Below, one piece after another: positions 26,701 to 40,399 of a stretch of DNA of 64,000 nt (position 1 is the first letter of the stretch; every line of letters starts with the position of its first letter). Below the pieces are notes generated by a model. It was not told where the DNA came from. It made no database searches and saw nothing but the letters and a program-made list of their open reading frames with translations. This stretch comes from the human T2T-CHM13v2.0 reference genome, Homo sapiens, in NCBI RefSeq assembly GCF_009914755.1, contig NC_060935.1. One strand, 5' to 3'. Position numbers and translations under genes: made by a program.

Positions 26701-27850
26701 AAAGATGTCAAGAACTAACTGGAAGAGGCTCCTACAGGCCAAGGTAGGGCTATTTATCATCATTAATATAATAACTACAATAGAGAGAAACAAATCAGAT
26801 GTGATTAAATTCATGAGTTCATAATAATGGTTAAAAAAGAGTACCTCATTGGTCACTTTGGGAGGAGCTAAGGAACCAACTCACTATTTCAAAAGAATAA
26901 AGGGAAAGAATTATTTATCCTAACTTTCCTATATGAAATGTACTTCACAGTAACCAAATAGTTGAGAAGTTTCTTTTTAGAGAACTATTCCAGCTAATAA
27001 ATGAGGAAGAAAATAATAGAATTAGAACATTATCAATCTGAAATTTTTAATGAATTATCTGTATAATGATTGCCAGTGTCTGCTAATATCACAGAACAAG
27101 AGAGAGAACCAGATATTATGTATCTCCAGATGGAAGTACACTAAATCACTCATGAAGGATTTTTGTCAAAGAAAAAGAAACAGAAAAAAGGAAATTGAAC
27201 CTTAGCAAGCCTTTTAAATCAAACAATTTATAAGAAATACAGGGTACAGAGGGACATGTAAAACAAAACCACAGCGATGCTATGAGCAAAATTCAGACTG
27301 TGGAAACTAAACAGAAAATGGCTCAGTTTCTTCAATAACAACAATAACACCATAAAAATTGCAGGGAAATAGTAAGAGAAGAGTTTGAAGGAGAACCTAT
27401 AAATTAAAATATAATTAACCCATTTATGGATGTATTAACCAAATGCAATGTTTGGACCTTATTTGCATATCTTGGTTAAAAGATTATGAATATATATATG
27501 TGTGTATATGTGATAAACAAACAAAACATACTTAAAAAACAATTAGAGAAGTATGAACACCAAATGGGCTGTTTGATGATATTAAGGAACTACTCTTTTC
27601 TCTGTTTAGGTGCAGCAATGGTATTGTGTGTGTTTGTGTTTATTCTAAGAGTTCTGTCTTTTAAAGATGCATACCGAAATTACATGATGGGTGGGATTTG
27701 CTTTAAAATAACGTGGGAATAGGCAGGGATGAGTGGGAGTTTGATGAAACCAGATTAGCAATTGATTATTATTAAAGCTGAGTGATACATACTTGAGTGT
27801 TCATTACACTATTTTATATTTGTCTGAAAATTTACGTAACAAAATGCTTT
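23790..27850 (+). mobile_element. Old degraded L1 (L1M class): ORF2 3' part plus 3' UTR, sense to FAT3
   Basis: A-rich; ORF2 remnants such as tactataaagcc...aaaacatgttggtactg...accaatggaacagaatagaaaatccagaaat. Many stops. Confidence 0.85.
25436..25650. mobile_element. MER20 (hAT-Charlie) nested in the L1
   Basis: cagggtttctc...gggctgtcctgtgcattgtaggatgtttagcggcatccctggcc...cagttgagaac. Confidence 0.9.
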
Positions 27851-28432
27851 ATGAAAGAAAACAATTAGAAAACTTATTGGGAAACTTCGTACCTTAGCTA
27901 TCATTAGCGCCACGTTCTTTGCTGGACCCCTACTATCAGGACAACCACAGGGCATGGACACTGCCACTGAGAAGCTGTGACTGCTCTGAGTCCACCTCAT
28001 TGGCTCCTTTGCCTCTTCTGTACTCCTTTTCCCATTCTGTCACTGCCTCCACAGAGGTCCACCAAGAGAAACACATAATAAGAACTTAAGATAATGGCAA
28101 CTTAACAAACTAAGGTCATCTTGTGATCATATACATTGTGCATCAAAGAATTCCACAGAATTATCACCTTCAAGTGGTTGTCTCAGCTGTTCAATTAATA
28201 GTGAGAATATTGGTCAGCTCATAGTTTATGTTCCTGCTAATATAAACTACTGGTTTATTGTCAACCTCTAATTACAGAATGTTTTTATTAGTGAGTTTCC
28301 TCTGTGTTGCAAGAGCTACTAGAAGCTAGGATCCAAGGACGGGGAAGCGGGGAGAAAAAGAGGGAGGGCATACTTTTATTAGCAGTGAGCAAATTGGCAT
28401 TAGTCATCATTCTTTTCTTCTTTTAACTACAG

Positions 28433-28708
28433 GTATTTATCAAAGTGCTGGATAATAATGATAATGGCCCAGAATTCTCTCAGCCGAATTACGATGTGAC
28501 AATTTCCGAGGATGTGCTTCCAGACACGGAGATCCTGCAGATTGAAGCCACAGATAGAGATGAGAAGCACAAGCTGAGCTACACTGTTCATAGCAGCATC
28601 GACTCCATCAGCATGAGAAAATTCCGGATTGACCCTAGCACTGGCGTGCTCTATACTGCCGAGAGGCTGGACCATGAGGCCCAGGACAAGCACATTCTCA
28701 ACATAATG
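28433..28708 (+). CDS. FAT3: FAT3 coding exon, 276 nt, phase 0-0 (probably exon 8)
   Basis: ctacag|GTATTT acceptor and ATG|gtagga donor. Encodes [15 protein letters not shown]...ATDRDE...[14 protein letters not shown]. Confidence 0.96.
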
Positions 28709-31256
28709 GTAGGACCAAAATCCTAATTAGCACTCCTACAGAACCACTGACTGTTCGGGCCACACACATTAGCCTTCAGAAGTATAGGGCCCCTAAATTT
28801 TATAAGTAGTTGTAAATTTAGTCTTTTCACAGAGAGATTGCATTCATTTTTGCCTTTTTATTTCAATGAAGAATTACTGTTGTTAGATAGCAACTCTACA
28901 TTTTTGCCAAACGAAAATATTAGATAAGTTCTGCAGCAATGGCTGCTCAGTAAATGCTCCAAACAGACTGACTTGAGAGGGAAGGAACAGGTCATGTTCC
29001 CAGGCTCTGGGGTTGGTTTGCACCCAGAAGATTTCATAGAAAAATTGAAAAGACATTCCTTAAGAAGTTAATCACAAGGGTAATCATTTACTCAGCCTAT
29101 GCAATGCTCAGTCCTTGGAAGGATTTACAAAACCAATTTATTATTTATTGTACTGGCACTGGACCTAGTAGTAAATACTGGCACACAAAAGAGATCTCAA
29201 TACATGCTCAAGCCTACAGAGAGTATAAATCTGAGTTTGTGTTCATGGGGCCTCCAAATTATGTAGGAGATATTGCTTTACTTTTAAAGTAGTGTTTAGC
29301 TAGTTCACATAATTGGGAAGTAGAGATGAATGAGAAACATCGTTGATTAATTTATGGCCTGAAGTCTATCTCTTCAACCACCCAAGAATCTCTGCGGCAT
29401 TGCACAGCCGCTTCCTGTCAGAGCCCCCACTGTGTTCCTTTAAGACCAGGTAGAAGGACAGACTTAATCTTCTGCACTGATTGGCTTTAAAATACTACAC
29501 TAAGACAGTACAAATTCCTAAGCAGCTGAAAGTAATGTTCCACTAAGTGCTACTTTCCTTTCATAAGACTAGAAACCTTCCCCAACAAGAGGAAGCTTGA
29601 GTGTCATGCACTTAGCTATGGTTTCCAGCTAAGACTCCAGGAAACAGATGGGGTTACTTATAGAGGTCTTCCAGTCATCACTATGGCCCTTCATTCATTC
29701 ATTTAACATATATTTCTCAACCACTTACTGTGCACCAAACTTTCTTCTAGGCACTGAAGATACAAAAAAGACAAAGTTCCTGCACCCTAGGAGCTTACAC
29801 TAAATTGGAACTGACCTAGATTTCAACAATCCCCAAATAGAGTTCAGCTTGGTCCTTGGGTATGGCAGACCAGTCTGCAGACAGGGAAATTCAGCATATT
29901 CACTGAGCTAATTCTGCATGTGTTTTCTCCAAGGGCAGAAACCTTGTGCTAGTGACTAACTCCATTCTCATGATTCTTTAAGTCATTTCTGTTCATTCTT
30001 TCTTTAACAAACTCAGAAATCAGTTTGGTCACCCTCTACCATTTATCACTTACATAATTGAATATTTACAGCAAACAAGTGCTTTACACTGCCTTTTTCC
30101 TAGCTAAGCCTTTTAGTCATTTTGCTTATTCCTCCTAGGTACTATTTCTGAAAACCCCTTTCTCTTTGATGGCTCTTCTTGGTATATTTTCTAATTTCTT
30201 CACATCTCTCTGCAGGTATGGAGTTTAAAATTGAAAAAGCCAAGTGCACATATTTGATTAGTGCTACATCAAATGATAGCAAAACCTTGTGGTTAAAGAA
30301 ATGATTATTTTCAAACTTCTGCCATATGCAAACTAAAGGAAACTTTAAAACTGCCAAGCAAGGTTTTTTGGTGAAATCAGAAAGGAGGTGCTTCAGCACT
30401 TTGAAGAAAATGACAAATGGTTGTGTAAAGTGTGACATTTTATTTAACATTTCTCTAAGTAAGAAATTAAGATTTGATTCATATTCCCGATGGTCAGGGT
30501 TCTCTCAGCTCTAGGCTTTTGTATATATTGGCTTTTTTGCCTGAAAATGCCACACACTACTACCACCACCATTTTACCACTCCTACTTGTTCTTGTTACC
30601 TTTTTCAGCAAGCTAAATGCTAGGTTAGTTTCTTCTCACTATTCTGCGAGCATCTTTAGTGCATCCCGTGAGAATACTTAGCCCTGAGCATTATACCTAT
30701 CTATTGTTTGTATTCCCACTTGACTCTAAGCTTCTTGAGGGCAGGAACTGTATCCAATTCACTGCTGAACCACCAGTGCAAAGCCAGGGACTTGAACAGA
30801 TAGGTGACAATAAATGTTAGTTGAATGGATGAGTGGAAATGCCTACATTGTGTTCATTAATTCCAGTCTTTAATTGCTCCTGCAGAGGAGCCTCTACCCA
30901 CTATTCTGTTATCAGCTGTGTACACAAATAAGGGGGAGGCCACTATATGGGGAGAGCCAGAGCACAGTGCTGTGTTTGTGATATCAAGGCATCAGTTCTA
31001 CACACACAGACTGAGCACAGACCACAGGCCAGACATTAGGCTGAGCAGTAAAGGTGTTGTAAACCCTGCTCACGATTTGCTCACAATGTTTCCTCACTTC
31101 ATGATACTACCATTTACTGAGCACCTACTAGAAGCCTGGAACTGGGTCAAGCACTTTGCGTGCATTATTTCATTTTGTTTTCACCCCAAACATAGCCATG
31201 TGAGTTCTTTGCAATTTAAAATTTGAGTCCCACCACTTCTTGTATTTTGCCTAAAG

Positions 31257-31467
31257 GTCAGAGATCAGGAGTTTCCTTATCGAAGAAACTTGGCCCGAGT
31301 CATTGTGAATGTGGAGGATGCTAATGATCACAGTCCTTATTTTACCAACCCACTGTATGAAGCGTCTGTGTTTGAATCTGCTGCTCTGGGATCAGCTGTT
31401 CTGCAAGTGACGGCTCTGGACAAAGACAAAGGAGAAAATGCAGAACTCATATATACCATAGAAGCAG
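31257..31467 (+). CDS. FAT3: FAT3 coding exon, 211 nt, phase 0-1 (probably exon 9)
   Basis: ctaaag|GTCAGA acceptor and CAG|gtgaga donor. Encodes [29 protein letters not shown]...[18 protein letters not shown]. Confidence 0.95.
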
Positions 31468-34069
31468 GTGAGAGCTGTTGCACTGCACAGATTTCAGCAT
31501 AATGCAAGGCATTCGACCCTCAGTAGTATTTATCACCATGTAAAATTCAGATCATTAACAGTGGAACATCTCTAAATGAACTTTTTTGGCCAAGCCGCTG
31601 TCCTATTTGGGAGATGATGGTGGATAACGTTCTTGATGTTTCAGTAATAGGTTTTCCATCATTAATAGCAAGGAAAATTTCCTTTGTTGTGTTTGATCTT
31701 GGATTTTTCTTGGATAGAGAAGAGAAAATAAATACGTAATAAATTTAGTGGCTTTTACCTGTGGACCAACAAGCCAGGGCCTCAGACTAAAATAACAAAA
31801 GCCGCCCGCCGATCATCTGAGGCCTGCCAGGGTGTTCTGTGAATTGAATCTTAACAAGTCTTTGTTTACTTGTGAATAGGTGGTCTGTGGGCTTCAGAAA
31901 TTCCTTCACCCTCACAGTTAGCACAAATTCACATCATTGGAGGCAACCTGAGTAGCAGAGTAGATGGTAGATATGGAGTCTGAACTGCTTGCTGAACCTG
32001 ACAAATAAATACAGGCTCTTGTTTTGTTAAATTTGAGATGTTTTAAAATTAATTTTAACATCTATAAGGTAAGATCATAGTTTACTGATGGTTTGAAGAC
32101 TGATAGCTAGAAAGCTTTTATGACTGAGAGATGAATGGCTAAGCAAGAAATAACCTAAAAATGACAAATATCCTTTATCTGCTCTATGTTCTCCTCCCCA
32201 TTCCATCTTTTTTGAATATTCAAGCCACCTATTTTCAAAATGTTCTGCAACTTATGTCTGTCGTGAATAATGCCAAATGCAATATCCTTTCATGCCAGGG
32301 ATGGAAAGACTTCTCTCCTTTCATTTAAATGTAGAGCATTTTTGAGAGGAGTTGAATTAAAATATGAATGCTAGAATGACAGTTTTGGACTAGAAATTTT
32401 AGAAAAAGAAAAGCCAACAACCTTCTAAAAAAAAAAAGTTCTTTCATTGAATGATAACTTAGAACTATTTCTTGTATTAGGCACCCACATTTTACATGGG
32501 TCTGTGCTAAGCTCTACTTAAAAAAAGAAAAAGAAAAGACATGAGTTCATAATAGCAAAGTTTCCGGAGAGAATTTACCTATTTTTTTTCTAGGTTTCCA
32601 TGGAATTTCCTTTCAATCTAAAGCCTGACCAGTGTTTTTTTAGAAATGCTATTTTACATCTTTTATTTTTCACAGGACATTTTTATTACTTAATTATATA
32701 ATCTTTGTTCTTTGGGTTCCACAAATAATATAAGGAAACTTTTCCAAAAAATGAATATTTAAATCACATCCCAGAAAATGTCACCTAACCCAACAACTCT
32801 TTTTATTCTTTCTATGGTTTTTTCCAATGTTGTGTTTTTTTCTTTTCCCCGTATTCATTCATGCATATACATTGTTTCATGTCACTGTAATTATTTAGAT
32901 ATAGGGTTTTATTTCTACTTTTCTTACCATGTTCTAAACATTAGCTGTGTGTCTCTACCTGCTTTTTATATTTGTCATTAAGCCTGCTACTTATACTCCT
33001 TTTAGATAGCCAGATAATGTTTCAACCAGTTTGGAGTTTCTTAAGGAGTAATTTAACTTACCATCCAACCGAAAAGACTGCTCTGCTTATCTTTTGACCT
33101 CTACAGACTACAGCATGGTGCCCAGTCGTTTCTTTAACTGACTAAAACAAGACAGAACAGTTATTTCCTTAAAACATCTTTCATAAAGAAAACCCAAACT
33201 TCCAGAAAACCATGGGAACAATTGATATCGCAAAAAAAATGACCTTTGATTGTATGTAAGAAACTATTGAGGATTACAATGTTCACAATAAATCTCAAAT
33301 GACCAGCAGGGCTCTTCACAGACAGACAGACAAACCCACACTGGTCCGCACTGGTCCTAGAGGAGCAAGTTTCTTCCCAGTTGAGGGTGGGAGACAGGCA
33401 GATCCCAGATGCTTCAGCACTTTGAAGCAAATGACAAATGGCTGTGTAAAGTATTATGTTTTATTTAACTTTTCTCACACACATCAGATAAGCAAGATTT
33501 CACTCTGTTTATTGGTGGGCTATAAATTTCCTGTCTCCTGCCTGTCCTCTAAAGTAACTACGGAAGCTTTTTATTTTGGCCTGAAGGACTGAGGCAGAAT
33601 TTGAGTGCAGAGCTTCAGGTCTTATATCTAGTTTGAGTTTTGTGTTTGGTGTCAATGGTGAGTCTGAGGCAGGATTGTACAAGAGAGACTGGGACTGAGT
33701 TGAGTTCGGGTGAGGGCATATGGATCCCAAGATGCATATGAATAGAGAGTTTAAAATATTTTTTTTAGATTTACCTCTCCTCTCAATCATTCAACAAATA
33801 TTAAGCAACTTCTTTGTAGCAGATGCTGTGTTGTGTACTAGATAAGGAATGATAAGAAAAGCACAGCTTTTATTCAATTGCCAAAAATCTACAAGAGGCC
33901 ATAGATTCCAAAAAACAAACAGAGGCCAATTTTTCAGGATTCAAGTGTAGCAGGAAAGAATAAGCAGGAAGTGGATTCCAAGAGAATGGGTCAGTGTGTC
34001 AAAGAGGGAAAGAGGAGAAGGGCCCACTTTGGACCTGATGTATCAGCACACCATTCTGGAAGGGTGTCA

Positions 34070-34459
<390 letters not shown>

Positions 34460-36325
34460 CTATCTTTCTGGGCATGAAGAAATCTGCCGGGTGTGGAGTG
34501 AGGGAGGACTTACCTAGAAACTCTGCAGTCGGGCACCATAATCAGTGAACACCGAGATCCCTGGCTCCAGTAGCATTCATCAGTCAGGGTTGCATGTTGG
34601 TGCCATCACTGGAAGGTGACCATTGCTTAGGTGAAGTGATTTCCCCTTATAAAGTTCTGTGGATCACCTGTTGGATTCACACTCAATTCTATGACACTAT
34701 TCATTGCAAGCTTGAACGTTTACTCATAAGATCATTGAACTTTTTATTATTGTCATCACAAAATGGCCATGTTTAGGTGGCAAAGTAATAAATCATGCCG
34801 ACATCAAAGACAACATTGTTTAATATTCACATTTGGGGGGGCTGGAATCAAAATGACCTCTTTATTAGATATACTTTGTCTTTTAAAATAAGCAAGTATC
34901 TTCTTGAAATAGATGTTACATGAACATGACCATTTTGTGTTCAGACATGGAAAACTTTATATAATTAGCATGTAGGAAGAGGTATGTAGACACATCTCAT
35001 AACTGCCCTGAAAATCCTGGTCCCTATTTTAATGATTTTAACATTTAAATTATATACCTATCATACTACAATACTCAGAAAGAAAAGTCCAGATAGAGTT
35101 GAATAACCAAGATCTTTAACTTTTGATTGGAAAGGATCTCAACACAGAAGTATATGTGTTCTTTGAGAAGTATGAGAAAGCCTGATAAGAGAAGCAAAAA
35201 GCAACTTGGTGAGGGATGCAACTTCACACTACCCACTGCCTTTCAGCTCTGTCACCACCTACCTTCTTTACATACTCCACATTGTGTCTTCCCCATTTTT
35301 TATTCCTCTGTTATTTCTCTCATTCTCAACAATCCCAGATTTCGAACCACAACATGTTTCTGAAGCAGAGCTGTAAACTGCTACAGTGTCATGGCCAGAG
35401 CCCTTCCCCTGCCAGCTCTATCAAAGTGGGGTGCCCAGGTTTCAGTTTCACAAGGATTATGTCTCAGGTTCTTGGTTGCAGTGCTGGTTCAGATTCCCAA
35501 CAGTTTCTTGGTACACTAGAAACACCTCAAATGCTTGGTGAATAGAATGGTTACAGATTGAGCAACTGCCCTATAACTTTTTATGTTTACTTTTATGTCT
35601 AGATGTGTGCATGTGTGTGTTCAGAAGCATGAGAGAGGGGTAGAGCATGAGTGGAGAATAGAAGAGAAGTCAGGAAAATTCATCACACTTACAAGGCAAA
35701 TAATGACTTGCCAAGAATTCTCCACACCTGACTGAACAAACCCCTTCACCAAAGTAGTGTTTTGGATAAAGTCATTTTTGATAGGGTGAAATAATACCAA
35801 TTCCATGTAGCGAAGTTTGCTTTTGGGATAATCAGAAAACAACTGACTACTTTATAATGCTCTGAAACTATTCCCACAACCCTCTTTCTTTAAACCTAGA
35901 ACAGAAAATATGACACTGCTACCTAAACCAGTGGCATTCATATGTGGGCTTCCCAATCTATCTGTCTTCTCACAAGGCTGGAAATAAGGAAGTCCTATAC
36001 ATTCTTAGCAGAAAGATCTCTCCTTCGGGCTCTCTTATTTCCCAACTTGAATGCACATAAGACTGTGTCATTGTCATTGTGTTTTTAACCTGGTTCTAGA
36101 AGTTACTGATCTGAAATTTACTATAATACTGGGAAACTCATTTTGGTTCCTTTTCAGTACCCCTGAAAGAGAAGCCTCTCATTTTATTTCAGAATGACAC
36201 AGATGAGTACTATAATTGCTTTCTACTTGCCACATTGCAGTAAGGTACCTATAGATAAAGAGTTAATCAAAAAGATTTCAGTGACCCACATGTAACTCAT
36301 TTCACCATTGATTTCTGTATTTTAG

Positions 36326-39300
36326 GGAACACTGGGAACATGTTTAAGATCGAACCGGTCCTAGGCATCATCACCATTTGCAAAGAACCAGACATGACGA
36401 CGATGGGTCAGTTTGTCCTATCCATCAAAGTCACAGATCAGGGATCCCCGCCAATGTCTGCTACTGCAATTGTGCGCATTTCCGTCACCATGTCTGACAA
36501 TTCTCACCCCAAGTTCATTCACAAAGACTACCAAGCAGAAGTAAATGAAAATGTTGACATTGGAACATCAGTCATTCTAATCTCTGCCATCAGTCAATCT
36601 ACCCTCATTTATGAAGTCAAAGATGGAGACATTAATGGGATCTTTACCATAAATCCATATTCTGGAGTCATCACCACTCGGAAGGCCCTGGATTATGAGC
36701 GCACATCCTCTTATCAACTCATCATTCAGGCCACCAATATGGCAGGAATGGCTTCCAATGCTACAGTCAATATTCAGATTGTTGATGAAAATGATAATGC
36801 CCCAGTTTTTCTCTTTTCTCAATACTCAGGCAGCCTAAGTGAGGCTGCCCCAATTAATAGCATTGTCAGGAGCTTGGATAACAGCCCACTGGTGATTCGA
36901 GCCACAGATGCTGACAGCAACCGGAATGCTCTGCTTGTGTATCAGATTGTGGAGTCAACAGCAAAAAAGTTTTTCACGGTGGACTCCAGTACAGGTGCAA
37001 TCAGAACAATTGCCAACCTGGACCATGAAACCATTGCCCATTTCCATTTTCATGTGCATGTGAGAGACAGTGGTAGCCCCCAACTGACTGCAGAGAGTCC
37101 CGTTGAAGTCAACATTGAGGTGACAGATGTGAATGATAACCCACCTGTTTTTACTCAGGCTGTGTTTGAGACTATCTTACTTCTACCTACCTATGTTGGA
37201 GTGGAGGTTCTGAAAGTTAGTGCCACAGATCCTGACTCTGAGGTACCCCCTGAACTGACATACAGCCTAATGGAAGGCAGTTTGGATCATTTTTTAATTG
37301 ACTCAAACAGTGGAGTACTTACCATAAAAAACAACAACCTCTCCAAGGATCACTACATGCTGATAGTTAAGGTGTCTGATGGAAAGTTCTACAGTACCTC
37401 CATGGTCACCATCATGGTTAAAGAAGCCATGGACAGCGGCCTCCACTTTACACAAAGCTTCTATTCCACCTCAATCTCAGAGAACAACACTAACATAACC
37501 AAAGTTGCTATTGTCAATGCAGTTGGAAATCGCCTTAATGAGCCCTTAAAATACAGCATCTTAAACCCAGGAAATAAGTTCAAGATAAAATCTACCTCAG
37601 GGGTCATTCAGACGACTGGAGTCCCCTTTGACCGTGAAGAACAAGAGTTATATGAGCTGGTGGTAGAAGCCAGCCGTGAGCTGGACCATCTGCGTGTGGC
37701 CAGAGTGGTGGTCAGGGTTAACATTGAAGACATAAATGACAATTCTCCAGTCTTTGTGGGCCTCCCATACTATGCTGCTGTTCAAGTGGATGCGGAACCC
37801 GGGACTCTGATTTATCAGGTGACAGCCATTGACAAAGATAAAGGTCCAAATGGAGAAGTGACCTATGTCCTGCAGGATGACTATGGCCACTTTGAAATTA
37901 ACCCTAATTCAGGGAATGTTATTTTAAAGGAAGCATTCAACTCTGACTTGTCCAACATTGAGTATGGAGTCACCATCCTAGCCAAGGATGGCGGAAAACC
38001 CTCTTTGTCTACATCTGTGGAGCTTCCCATCACTATTGTCAACAAAGCAATGCCTGTGTTTGATAAGCCCTTTTATACAGCATCTGTCAATGAAGACATC
38101 AGAATGAACACACCCATCCTAAGCATCAATGCCACCAGTCCAGAAGGCCAAGGCATCATATATATCATTATCGATGGGGACCCTTTTAAACAGTTTAACA
38201 TTGACTTTGACACTGGGGTCCTGAAAGTTGTTAGCCCTTTGGATTATGAAGTTACATCTGCTTACAAGCTGACAATAAGAGCCAGCGACGCCCTTACTGG
38301 TGCTAGGGCTGAAGTCACTGTTGACTTGCTAGTTAATGATGTAAATGACAACCCCCCTATTTTCGATCAGCCTACATACAATACAACACTATCAGAAGCA
38401 TCTCTTATTGGGACACCTGTTTTACAAGTTGTCTCTATTGATGCAGACTCAGAAAACAATAAAATGGTACATTATCAGATTGTCCAGGATACCTACAATA
38501 GCACAGATTATTTTCACATAGATAGCTCAAGTGGCTTAATCCTGACAGCACGAATGCTGGACCATGAGTTAGTACAACACTGCACTTTGAAAGTCAGATC
38601 AATAGATAGTGGCTTCCCATCACTGAGCAGTGAGGTTCTCGTTCATATCTACATCTCTGATGTAAATGACAACCCTCCAGTTTTTAATCAGCTCATTTAT
38701 GAGTCATATGTGAGTGAATTAGCCCCCCGGGGCCATTTTGTAACCTGTGTACAAGCCTCTGATGCAGACAGCTCTGATTTTGACCGGTTGGAATATAGCA
38801 TTTTATCTGGGAATGACCGGACGAGCTTTCTGATGGACAGCAAGAGTGGAGTTATCACATTGTCCAACCATCGGAAGCAGCGGATGGAGCCTCTGTACAG
38901 TCTCAATGTGTCTGTCTCTGATGGGTTGTTCACCAGCACTGCACAGGTGCATATTAGGGTACTTGGGGCTAACTTGTACAGCCCTGCCTTTTCACAAAGC
39001 ACATACGTAGCTGAGGTGAGAGAGAACGTGGCTGCAGGAACAAAGGTAATTCATGTTCGAGCCACAGATGGTGATCCAGGGACTTATGGGCAGATCAGCT
39101 ATGCCATCATCAATGACTTTGCCAAGGATCGATTCCTCATAGACAGCAATGGGCAGGTCATCACCACAGAAAGGCTAGACCGGGAAAACCCTCTAGAAGG
39201 GGATGTTAGTATTTTTGTGAGGGCCCTTGATGGTGGAGGGAGAACAACTTTCTGCACTGTGAGAGTGATTGTTGTGGATGAAAATGACAATGCTCCCCAG

Positions 39301-40399
39301 TTCATGACAGTGGAATATAGAGCCAGTGTCAGGGCAGATGTTGGAAGGGGCCACTTGGTCACTCAAGTTCAAGCCATAGATCCCGATGATGGAGCAAATT
39401 CAAGGATTACTTATTCCCTCTATAGCGAGGCCTCTGTTTCAGTGGCCGACCTCCTGGAAATCGATCCTGACAATGGCTGGATGGTCACAAAGGGTAATTT
39501 TAACCAGCTGAAAAATACAGTGCTTTCGTTCTTTGTCAAAGCAGTAGATGGGGGCATCCCAGTAAAGCACTCCCTCATTCCTGTCTATATCCACGTCTTG
39601 CCCCCTGAAACGTTCTTGCCATCATTCACCCAGTCTCAGTATTCCTTTACCATTGCAGAAGATACAGCCATTGGGAGTACAGTGGACACCCTGAGGATTT
39701 TGCCCAGTCAGAATGTCTGGTTCAGCACAGTTAATGGGGAACGGCCAGAAAATAACAAAGGGGGCGTATTCGTCATAGAACAGGAAACAGGCACTATTAA
39801 GCTTGACAAACGCCTTGACCGTGAAACCAGCCCAGCTTTCCACTTTAAAGTAGCAGCCACTATACCCCTGGACAAAGTAGACATTGTGTTTACTGTGGAT
39901 GTAGATATCAAGGTATTGGATTTGAATGACAACAAGCCAGTCTTTGAAACTTCAAGCTATGACACCATTATAATGGAAGGGATGCCTGTTGGCACCAAAC
40001 TCACACAAGTGAGAGCTATTGATATGGACTGGGGAGCCAATGGACAAGTCACTTACTCCCTCCACTCGGATTCCCAGCCCGAAAAGGTAATGGAAGCATT
40101 CAATATTGACAGCAACACGGGCTGGATCAGTACCTTGAAGGACCTAGATCACGAGACAGACCCCACATTCACCTTCTCTGTGGTGGCCTCTGACCTTGGA
40201 GAGGCATTCTCTCTTTCCTCCACGGCCTTGGTCTCTGTCAGAGTGACAGATATAAATGACAATGCACCAGTCTTCGCGCAGGAAGTGTACCGAGGGAATG
40301 TGAAGGAGAGCGACCCACCGGGCGAGGTGGTAGCCGTCCTCAGCACCTGGGACAGAGACACATCCGACGTTAATCGCCAAGTGAGCTACCATATTACAG
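36326..40399 (+). CDS. FAT3: FAT3 giant coding exon, 4074 nt, phase 1-1 (probably exon 10), about 13 cadherin repeats
   Basis: ttttag|GGAAC acceptor and CAG|gtgagt donor. Uninterrupted 1358-codon frame with repeated DxNDNxPxF, LDxE and AxDxD motifs. Confidence 0.98.

Noticed and set aside
36577-40392. Antisense ORFs within the giant exon
   Set aside because: Shadow frames of a long coding sequence; short and without motifs.
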